A stretch of DNA of 64,000 bases from Lama guanicoe (lineage: Eukaryota), in assembly GCA_013239625.1 (NCBI GenBank), contig MU053379.1, positions 692,490-756,489 on the forward strand, read 5' to 3'. The notes beneath the pieces were generated by a model. That model was not told the origin of the DNA and did no database searches. It saw nothing but the letters and a program-made list of their open reading frames with translations. Made by a program: the position numbers and the translations under genes. Of this stretch, positions 11,001 to 23,000 are shown one piece after another (within the stretch, counting starts at the first letter, position 1; the number at the start of each line of letters is the position of its first letter).

Positions 11001-14000
11001 TGATAGGTGTGGAATGGTTTCTCTTGTTCTTTTAATTTGCGTTTCTCTGATTAGCAGTAGTTGAGCGTCCTTTCACATGCCTATTGCAGTTTTTGTTTTT
11101 ACCTGCATGCTCTGTCGGTGAACCTGATGTTGTGTAAATACTCCTCGTGTCTCCATCTAAGCTCATTTGTGGAGCCATAAAGTAAATCCTGCCTTAAAAG
11201 AAAATCGACAAGAACATGATTGTCAAAGCCAGAACTGCATAATGAGGACTAACAGCCCTCGCCCCAGGCGCCTAATTTTCTTTGCATGCCACTCAAGCTG
11301 CTAGTAACAGAAGCTCAATACTTTTAATTCTAGCCACCTGCCCTTGAGAGGCACTGGTAGTGGTAGAGTGCAGAGTGATCCAGAAGACAGTTCACCTTTG
11401 CCCAGGGCCATGGACATTATCATCCTCTGCTTTATACTTATCCTTTTCTTTTTCCTAGGCACTTCTTCTAGCCACAATGTCAAAAACAAACACAGGGGTA
11501 TATGGGAAGACTCTACTTTGTGCTCAGATTTGCTGTGAACCTAAAACATCTCTAAAAAAAAGTCTGTTAAAAAAAGTATACACACTACTATACATAAAAT
11601 AAGTGACAAGGACTTACTATATAGCACAGGGAACAATAATCAATATCTTGTAAGAACCTACAGTAGAAAAGAATTTGAAAAAATATGTATGTGTAACTGA
11701 ATCACTTTGCTGTACACCTGAAACATTGTAAATCAGCTATACTTCAGTTTAAAAAAAAGTAACAGCAAATAACCATAACTGTTTTTCACAAATAGAATTC
11801 GTTTAAATCAATGTGGTGTTTATAGTATACAGGAAGACTCTACACATTTGTTTTTATGTTAATGGAACTTTATATTTTCTTTCAGTAGTAATTAAGATAC
11901 TTTGAGATGAACACCATATTTGAAATTTGAATAAAAATTTGAAACTCTTTAAAAACTTTTATTTTAACATATGCATTGTTTTTATCTACAGAGTAATGCT
12001 CTAATCTGAATAACTAGGCCCCATCTGTCTCTTTATTGTACTCTTTGCTATTTGCATACCTAAAACACAGAGCATAGTAAATAAGTAGAAGATTGTTATT
12101 TAAACGTCTTGAGCTTCCTTCCCATGTGTTAGTATTTCTTTCTGGGTTGTCCATGAGAGACATACCCAAAGATTTATACCTGGCACTTGAAAAATATTTT
12201 AATCAATTTTTTTTCTGTTCCTGCCTCCTTGCCTTCATGTTAGAAGTGAGTTTTCACTTGGAATTGTCTTGCTTCTAAAAGCTATCTTGTGTTCATTTTT
12301 TCTTGAAATTTTACATTGGGAGATGTACAGAAAAACAAACATCAGTTTATTTCTGTAATGCTTTGATGAACTTGTTACTTACATTCATTATGGAATCTTC
12401 TGTTCAAGGACCCCATAGAGTTGAGTGTGTGGTCTGGAGTGATTCTTAACTCTTTAAGATTGTCTTCTAGTAACTGACATTTTAATGTTTATGTGCTGTT
12501 TACCCTGTTTCATGATTTGTTTGCTGTGTTAAAAGTGAAGAATCAATTTTTGTAGATCTTTAAACAGCAACTGATTTCAGTAAAAAAAAATGCAATCAAA
12601 ATTCTTAAAATCCAGATTTTCATCTATAAACTGAGGGTTTTGGCTTTTTCTTAAAAAAAAATGACAAGGGACTATCAAAGAACTCTTATTTTGTTGCAAC
12701 AAGGCATAGAATGAGCACTTGAAAGATAGAAACTTCAGTGCATACTATAGTAGAAAACCTACGTTTAAAACTCGTTTGTCTTTGTTCTTGTTCTTCTGGA
12801 TCACATCAAAGGAAGACTTTATTCCTTTAAACATTTTTGCATTACTTTGTAAGTTATTCTCTTTGCCTTTACCACAGAAAAGAAAGATGAATTTTCTACC
12901 CATATTCCTTGGCTTGCTTTCAGAAATTTACCAGCTTGTAAATGTAATCAGTGTTTATTTTAAAATGGTTTCACATAGCACATTTTAGTTGGTCATTGGT
13001 ATTTTTTTGTAATAATGGAGCAAAAACTAAAGCACCAGCAAGTGTAAGTAAAACTTCTCGAACTTGCTAGAGAGCAATCTTTTAAGTCAGTTGTTGAAAC
13101 TGTGAGGGATTCTCAAATCATTGAATCCGTGTTTTAAGATTGTTGTAAGTTATTTTAGACTAATGTTGTCCAATAGAAATAAAATGTGAGTTACATAATG
13201 TATTTTTAACTTTTTTAGTAGCCCCATTTAAAAAAAGTAAAAAGAAAAGGTGAAATTTGATTAACCCAATACATCTGAAGTATTACATCAACACTTAATA
13301 TAAAAATGAGACATTTTACATTCTTTTCTCATACAAATTATTTGAAATCCAGTATATATTTCATACTCAGCACATCTCAATTCAAACACTCAATTTTCAT
13401 TGGAAATATTTGATACATATCTAGGTATAAAACTTACAGTTGAAAAAGTAGATTCACATACCTAAGTTGCTCCAAGCATAGTGTTCCAGTAATGGAATTG
13501 ATAATCAGCTTTAAAATTTAAGTTAATTAAAGTGAAATACAATTGAAGATGCGGTTTCTCGGCTCCATTAGCCACGTTTAATGGACTCACTAAACCACAT
13601 GTTAGTGGCCACCTTAATGGACCATCCTGAGACTTTGTGGATTGGCCTTTTTAATTTGTAAGGGGAAGTTAACGTTGGTACCAATACTCTTATTAATTCT
13701 ATGCATTTTTGCATATGACTAACAGTTAAGATAGCATATGAATTCCTTTTATGGCACTTATTAAGATGTTTCGTGGAACTAGACTGTTGAGCTTCATAAG
13801 ATAGGATTTGTCTATGTCAACAGCAAGATGCCTCTCATAGTAGGCCCACAAGAGATGTTATGGAATGAACATGAATGAGTGAATGAGAGGGTATTAATTA
13901 TGACAGGGACAGGTTCCCACTGAGATGGATTACTTTAATTCTTTAATTTTTATTTTTGTATTTCCTATTCCCAAATACCTTTTTTTTAATACACTGGAAC

Positions 14001-17000
14001 TTGAATTTTAAGTACTAGACTAATTGAGAATAGTACCTCCCCTTTGTATATTGCATTACAGTTTAGTTTGAGTCGTAGAGTGAAAAGTCCTTTGAGATAG
14101 ATAAGACAGGCATTATTAGATAGTACCTTTAAAATAATTCTGGCATATAGAAACCCCTCAGTAATGCCACTACCCTTTCTTCTCTTAAAAAATGAAATTG
14201 AATGGTATTTGATGCTCATTGAGGCATCCTGAACTACAGAAAAGCACTTGAAAGCCTAACAAATGAAAGAACAAGAAGTAATGCTATCTTAGGTAACTTG
14301 TATTTACTATATGTTAGGCACTGTGTTACCTTATCTCACTCAATCCTTATAGCTACCCAGTGAGGTGCGTATTGTTACTGTTAAACTGTGCTGAGAAGTG
14401 GTTAAGAGCGTGGGCTCAGAGGCTGACTTCATATGTTTTTTGAATCTTGGCTTTGCCACTTATTAACCGTAGGACCTTGGACCCATTAGTGACTGTTCTG
14501 TGCCTCAGTTTCATTGTTCCTCCAAAGGGAAAATGATAGTACCTACCATCACAACATTTTGGGCAATGCATGTAGCTAAGGCAACGCCTGACGCATAGTT
14601 AAGTGCTTATCAGTGGTGGCTAAAATAATAATATTAAACAACCTTAGATCCAAATGAGGTTAACAGTCTTTTCTTTATATTCTGATGACATCAGTGCATA
14701 CTTTAGGAACTGTTGATAAAATGAAAAGGCGGGAAGAGTGCATTAGAACATGTTTCTAATTATTTCTTTAATGTTATTTTACGTGTAGTTATAGACGATC
14801 AGTTTTTTTTATGATCAACTTTTTAATTTGACTTTTCAAGTGACTTGATTCTTGATGTAAAAATATCTTGTCTTCCAACTCTTAGTTATATTTTTCCTGA
14901 AGTAACTAATGGAGAATGAAACACAGTTCTTCAGTTGCCCTCAAGGTTTAGAATAGCAATTATCTGTTCAATAAATATTTGAGAAATTATTATATGCCAA
15001 GAACTAACCCAGGTACTAGGGATACAGTACTGAAAAACAGTCCTTTCCTTGTTGAAGTTACATTCTAATGTCAGGGGAAGGAGGATGATCAAAACAAAAC
15101 AAAAAATGACAGGATCCTGTCAGATAATCATTAAGTGGTGTGAAAAAAAATAGGGTAATCCGTTGGAAGGACTAGAAGAGTTGGCTACTTTTGGGTATAT
15201 TGTTAAGGAAGACCTTAAGGGATGGCAGTTGAACTTAAGACTTGCATGGCAAGAAAGCTAGCTAGTCATGTGAAGAGCATTTCTCTGTAAGTAGAAAGGC
15301 CTTGAGAAGAGAATGAGCTTGACATGCCAGGGACAAAAAAGGGAAAGGTTTATGTGGCTGAAATTCAGGGGAAAAGTGGGAGGAAGATGATAGGAAATGG
15401 ATTGTAGGCAGGTCCTAAAACTAGATGAGCCTTCAGGTCAAGGTGAGGAATTTTGAATTTTATTCTTATTGCACCAGAAAGCCATTGGGTGGTGGGAAGC
15501 ATTAAAGGTCTAACGGAGTGGAGTGAGATCGGATTCATCCCTGTGGTTCTTGTGTGGAGATGTACAAATGGGGACAAAAACTGATTAAGTGACTATTTCT
15601 GTTATTCATGATTGATGGTAACTTGGATTAGGATTGTTAGTAGTGGAATAGTGAGGAGGGATTGGATATCATACATTTTTGAGGGTAGAGCTGACAGGAC
15701 CTAAGTGATAATTTGGATGTGTGTCATAAGGGAAAGAAAGACATCAGGGATAATTCCTAGGATTTAGACCTGAGCTGCTAGGTAGTTGGTAGTGTCATTG
15801 TGCTGGGGTCCTATATGAAAGACGCTAAAATAATTTGGCAAAAGTGAGGTTCTTGAAACTTTTAGGCATAACATTGATTCAGAAGTATTACAAATCATTA
15901 AAATCTCTTAACTTTACATCTGGTTGTTGTAATAATGTATGCTTATTATAAAACATTAAGAAAAATTGAGTTTTAACAACAGTCCTATCCAAAGGTGCAT
16001 TGTCTTTCAGGCCACTGAAATACATGCTCATTCTTTGAATAAGTAAGTGTTAGATACCTTCTAGGAACCAAGGACTGTTGTAGGCTCTGGAAATTCAACA
16101 ATATACAAGACAAAGGCCCTTTCCCTAGGAAATAAACATTCTAATGGGAGAGACAAGTAAGAAGTAAGTAAATAAATGAATAAGATAGTTGAAGATTGTA
16201 GTAAGTACTGTAATGGAAGTAAGGGAGAAAGTGAGTATCTGGAGAACTCCAGTATAGATTTTCGCACACAGTACAGCTCATCTGTAACAGTTTGACATCC
16301 TTTATTTCTCATATTGCAGTGTGACAGGGGTGCCAAGCTAATTCAGTGCGGGACAGAATAGTGTCTTCAGCAGATCGTGCTGGGACAACTGGATGTTCAT
16401 GCAGAAGAATGAATTTGGACCCCTGTTTCATACTGTGTACAAAATTTAGCTCAAAATGGAAAATAGACCTAAATGTATAAGAGGTAAACAGGCATAAATC
16501 TTTATGAACCTGGATTAGGCGGTGTTTTTTGACAATTTTCTTGGTATGTTTAGACAATGACATCAAAAGCATAGGTGCCAAAAGAAAAATAAATTGGATG
16601 TTATTAGGATTAAAAACTTGTTTGTATCGAAGAATACCAACAAGAAAGTGAAAAACAACCTGCAGAATGGATAAAGTATTTGCAAATCCTATGTCTGACA
16701 AGGAACTTGTACAATATATAAAAGACTTACAACTCAACGATCAGTTGTATGAGCAAAGGCTTTGAATAGACATTTTCTAAAGAAAATGGTCAATAAGCAC
16801 ATGAAAAGATGGTCAGAATTATTAGCCACTAGGGAAATGCAAATCAAAACCATAATGAAATCCTATTTCACACCCACTCGGATGGCTGTGAACAAGACAA
16901 CAGTAAGAAGTGTTGGCAAGGCCGTGGAGAAGTTGGAGCCTTCCCTCATACGTTGCTGGTGGGACTGTAAAATGGTGCAGCCGTTTGGAAAATGGTTTGG

Positions 17001-20000
17001 CAGTTCCTTCGGAAGTGAAACTTAGGAGTTACCGTATGACCCAGCAGCTTCACTCTTAGCCAAGTGAAGTGAAAACGTATGTTCATATAAAAGCTTGTAT
17101 ATGAATGTTCATAGTGTTACTCATAATAGTCCCAAAGTGGAAACAACGTAGATGTCCATCAGCTGATGATTGGATAGATAAAATGTAGTATATCTGTACA
17201 ATGAAATATTGTTTGGCAGTAAAATGAAATCAGAGCTGATACATGCTGTGACAGGGATGAACCTTAACCCATGTTAAGTGAAAGAAGCCAGTCAAAAACA
17301 AGACTGCCTGGAGGGGAGGGTATAGCTCAGTGGTAGAGTGTGTGCTTAGCATGCACAAGGTCCTGGGTTCAATCCCCAGTACCTCCATTAAAAAATAAGT
17401 AAATCTAATTACCTCCCCCCTGAAAGCAAACAAACAAAAAATAAAACCCTTAAATGAAAAGACTACATATTGTATGATTCCATACATATAAAATGTCCAG
17501 GATTGGTAGATCCATGGAGACAGGAAGTAAATTTAAATCCGTTATTATAAGTAATGCTCTGTCATCTTTGCACATAAATCTTTGCCTTCATTTGCATTGT
17601 TTGTTCAAAATAGAGTCCTAGGTATGCAATCACTGAATCAAAAGTTTTTTGTGTGTATATATTTCTAACTTTAAAAATATGCTCATCATAGAAAACTTGG
17701 AAATTCAGAAAACTAGAAAGTAGATAAGTCACTTAGAGGTGAAATTTCTTTTCTTTCCTCTGTACTATTTTACTGTACGTAAAGCTTTATATCCAGCTTC
17801 TTTTTTCACTGTTTAACACAAATCATAAATATTTCCCCCATGTCATTAAAAATGTACCATTAACATGATTTTAAAGGCTGCATCAGAAACTATCCTGTGG
17901 ATATACTATGATTTTCTTTATAATTCTCCTGTTTTTATTTGGGCTGTCTGATTTGGGGGATTATGCAGATTATTTCTTCAGAATAAATTTCTTGAAGTAG
18001 GAATACTGGGTTAAAGGGTCAAAGAGTTTAGATAATTTTAAGGCTTTTGGTATAAATGGACAAATTTTTTTCTGAAATGCAAGAATGAGTAATATAATTG
18101 CTTATAGTAGAAGATGAATTTAGAAAGGTGGGTTGGTTCATATAAAAAAGGGCCTTTTATGCTCTGTTAATGAATATGGACTTTATCTTGTAGGTGGTTG
18201 GGAATTGAAGATTTTTAATCTTGGGTATGGTAGAAGATTTTAAGAGTAAAAGGAACTGATCTAAAGTACACATTTAAGGAGGAATTGGTGGGGCTTAGAA
18301 ACTGAGCATGACCATGGAACAGGTAGATCAGTTAACCAACAATATCAAATCTGTTTCCTATCTTAGGTTCATTTACATGCTAGCTGATCATCCAGAGAGA
18401 AGCTAGATTGTTAAATGAAGACAAAATCATTCACTGTTAGCTTATGTTATGTTCAATATGATCTTTGTCAAAGGGGAGTAGAATATTTTTTATATTGTCG
18501 CTCTTAAAGTAAAAACTAATTATTTTTTCCATTCAGGATAATTTACATGAAGTGAAATTCACCATTTTTAGTGTAAAAGTACTGCAAATTTTGGCCAACA
18601 TAAAACTTGTGCTACTACCACCACAATCAAAATACAGAATAGTTTCTTCACTCCATAAAAGTCCCACTAACACTCCTTCCATCCCAGCAACCGCTCATCT
18701 GTTTTTTGTCCCTATAGTTCCACCTTTGCTAGAATGTCGTATAAATGGAATCTTTCGGTCATACACTTTGAGTCTGGCATCTTTTCACTTGGGATAAGGT
18801 GTTTGTGCATCAGCAGTTTGTTCCTTTTTATTGTGAATAATATTCCTTTCCCATGTTGAGGAATATATTCTTTAATTGTTTCCTGTCTTAATGAAAGATA
18901 CTGTAAATAGGTAGGCAGAATATTGTAGAGATCTTTTTTCCCTAATATTGATAAGTGAAATATTTATTCTCTCCACCTTGAGTAAAACCACTAATAGATA
19001 CATCTTATTATTAAATAGTGCCCTTTTAATTTTTTCAACTGCGCAATCAGATGGCTATTTTATAAGGGTGTGGACTGCAGAAATTTTTAAAATGTGTCAT
19101 TGTGTTATAGGATATTGATTTCTTAAAGGTCATGCTCTTTGCATATTAGTTACTGTATACGTTAATGTCTCTTATCTAGATATCCTGAAATTAAGTGATG
19201 CTTACATATCAAGCAGTTTTAGAAATAAAAAAGTATGTATGTGACTTTTAAAATAAAATAGTAATTAGAAAACTTAAGCAAACATTTATTAAGTCATTTC
19301 AGTTCTGGGTAGATGGGGGGTTGTGTGTATGTGTTGGGTAGAGGGCATTGATAAAGATACCAAGAGTTAAGGTGACGTCTCTGTGGTTTTGATTATTTTC
19401 CTGATGATCAGTGATGTTGACCACCTTCTTGAGTACCTCTTGCCCATTCGTACGTCTTTGAAAAAAATGTCTGTTCAGAGCCTCTGCCCATTTTTTAATC
19501 GAAAATTTTTTTCGTTACTGAGTTGTGTGAGTGAGTTTTTTACATATTTTGGGTATTAACCCCTTATAATTCACAAGATACATGATTTTCAAATATTTTC
19601 TCCCATTCAGTAAGTTGACTTTTCATTTTGCTGATGGTTTCCTTTGCTGTGCAGAAGTGTTTTCGTTTGATATTGTCCCACTTACTTATTTTCACTTTTG
19701 TTTTTGGAGTCAGATCCACAAAATCATCACCAAGACTTGTGTCAGAGAGCTTTCCGCCTGTGTTTTCTTTTAGGAGTTCTATGTTTCAGATCTTACATTC
19801 AAATCTTCAGTCCATTTTGGGTTAATTTCCTTATGGTGTAAGAGATCCAGTTTCATTCTTTTGCATGTGGCTGTCCACTTTTCCCAGCACCATTTATTAG
19901 AGATTGTTCTTTCCCATTGTACAGTTGACCCTTGAACAGCATGCATTTGAACTTCATGGGTCCACTTAGACACAGATTTTTTTCAGTAAATATGTGCTAC

Positions 20001-23000
20001 AGTACTACATGATCTACAGTTAGTTAAATCCACAGATGGAACCTCAGATACGGAGGGCCAACTGTAAAATTATATGCAGATTTTCAACTGCACAGAGAGT
20101 TGGCACACCTAACCCCTGAGTTGTTCAGGAATCAACTGTATATTCTTGGCATCTTTGATGTAAATTAATTGACCATACATCTGTTAGAATGTCTGTTATT
20201 AAAAGGACAAGAAATAACAAGTGTTGGTGAGGATGTGAAGAAAAGGGAACCCTTGTGTACTGTTGATGGGAATGTAAATTGGTGTAGCCGTTATGGAAAT
20301 CAGTGGAGGTTCCTCAAGAATTTAAAAATGGAACTACCACATGATCTAGCAACTCTACTTTCGGGCATTTATTCAAAGGAAACAAAAACACTGTAAAAGA
20401 TATATGCATCTCCATGTTCACTGCAGCATTATTTACAATAGCCAAGACATAGAAGCAGTCTAAGTGTTCCTTGATGGATGAATGGATTAAGAAAATGTGG
20501 TCTTTTTTTTTTTTGCTTTGTTTTGTTTTGAGATGCAGTATTTTCCTTGGTGTAAACTGAAGAACTGTACCATAAAGAATGAGGGGAAATATCTTGAAGG
20601 CAACAGTACATTTCATAAAAAATTTAAGGGATAATCATTTTTCAAAACCTGATAAAGTGGATGATATTAAGTAGAATAGGGTTGGTAAGGAAAGATACTG
20701 AGAGTTAGTTCTTGCACTTAAAGAGCATAGTCTACTAAGAGAATCAGATAACCAATAGGAAGTTAATCACAGTTATTGATAATGCTGTGATAGAAGTCCT
20801 TGTATTATTCTGTGTTAGCACCGGAAAGGATGAGGAACTTAGGTTAGAGGTGGTGGTTGAGGGGCCAGGTAAACGTTGCCTTCCCAGAGGAGATGCCTGA
20901 GTTGAATCCCTGAAGGACTTCGCCAGGTCAACAGAGGAAGGTAAAGAGTCACTCGAGAATGTGGTGTATTCAGGGAAGCACAGAGTTGTGCATGCTTGGA
21001 ATTGTGGGGTACATGTCAAGGAGAAGTGGGAAAGGAGGCTGGAAAGATGGGGCATAAAGGGCTTGACATGGCATGGGTTTTATCCTTAAGGAAGTTGGCA
21101 ACTTGAAAAAAAATAGTGAATACCTAGGTCTATTTGCGAGGCTGCTTACTCTCCCTAGGTTGGTTTTTTTACCCCCTCCCCTCCTATTTTTCTGTCTAGA
21201 TTTTTGCTGGCAGCAAAACTCTGTTGTTCCTACCTTTCCTTTCTGCCTCTCTGCCTCTCAGCCGCGTAGGAAACCTGTTAACAAAGTTAGTAAGAGTCCA
21301 TAAAATGAGATTGCATACAATCTGAGTGAGACAGATTATTTTTAGCAGCCTGGCTTTTGTTGTATCTAATCTACTTTGGCTGTTGAGATGATTTTTCTGT
21401 AAGGTTTTATTCCCTTTTGTGAGAGTGTGGGTGGTGGTTCATAGAACTTAGGTTATTGGCTGAATTTTTTTCCCTACTAAGAAGTGTGTAACCATAAAAC
21501 CGTTTTTATGGAACTCTTTAAACATTAATATATAGCCAGTAGAATTGCTGTTTGGTCTGCATGGGCTTCTCAAGGACATCTCTGTACTTTGCTATGAGAT
21601 GAATGAAGGACTTCTAAAATTGGAAATTGGTTGTCAATTTAACACTGTTTAGTCACCCTGGTTTCAGGGAATGAACCAGTATATTAGGGCAGGGAGTTAA
21701 CTTGGAACATTTTCTGGATCACTGATAGCCTGTGTGGTGACTTTGTGCAAATGACAGAATGGTGCTCCCTCTGGGTGATGCAGCCTCAGGGGACAAGCAG
21801 ATGGCACTTCTTCCAACAGTTGAAGCCCTGCAGTCACCTCTCTTGGCTAGTGGGACATAAGCTTGAATTTAGCTCGTTCTTGCCCTGTTGGCCAGAACTG
21901 TTAAGCAAGGCATGATCTATAAAACCACACTCAGCAGCTCCGGACATTTTGTGCTTAGCAAGGGACTGAGGATTTGCTGTGTGCTTGCTTGACTGATACT
22001 TATTAACTGGGCAGGGACAGATTTTAGGACAAAGCCTATTAGCTCACTATAGGCCCCAGTTTTCATCATTGAGAATTTGATTCACAGCTGTGGATGATAG
22101 TTGTGCCGAGGATAATGATAAGAAGTAGCTTAACTGAATCTTGACTGTGTTAAAGAAGACTGTTCTCGTCTGAATGCTCTTCATGTCTTTGCTGTTCATC
22201 CATTTAATGGTCAAGAGGGATACATCAAATGTCAATATGGTTTTTTAATTTGTAGTTCTGGTCATCAGAGAACAGGTAGAAATTACTATTTCAAGTATTA
22301 GTTTTAAGCTCTGTGGATTTCTTTCTAAGACCGTAGCATTCCATTACCCAAAGGCTTCACTAAAAATTGTCCACATTGGTAACTAGGAGTTGAAGAAGCT
22401 CTAAACAGGTTTTCTGGTGAATAATACTAAGAGTCTTTACTTACTGAATGGTACCATTGCCAGGCACTGTGTTTAGGTGATTTGCACGTGTTGTGTTGTC
22501 AATCATCTTGCGTTAGGATTATCATAATTTACATTTTTACAGATGATGAAATTGAGGCTTAAGGAAGTTAGCTAACTTGCTCCAGTTACAGGATTTTTTA
22601 GTAAGTCTGATTAAAACTCATGGTATGCATTCCCCTCTGATTAAAATGGTCTTCTAAGGTTAAATGTTCCAAATTCTGTTTATGAGAAGGAGAATACAAC
22701 AAATTTTTTTAAAAAAATTCAGCATCTAATTTTCTCAAACATTACTTAAAAAATATTTACAGTTAATTATAAAATTCATTTAGAATAGCCGTGTGTGTAA
22801 TAATACATAAAATGAAGCAAGATGGCCTCATTCAGTAAAGATATATTGCTATTATATAAACCTTGTATTTAAAATTCGTTATTTCAGTTCTTCCCCAATA
22901 TCTAGGGTTTTTTTTTCTCCCAAGAGTAAAAAGAACTTTTTGTTATGCTAGTTGTACGAATGAAAATCTTAGCTTAAAATCAGGCCTTGTTTGAAGTTTT

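Noticed and set aside
17311..17390. tRNA-like sequence with A and B boxes
   Set aside because: It continues into a SINE-specific tail with A-rich end and probable TSD, and a second copy lies at 4481-4611. It is a SINE, not a tRNA gene.
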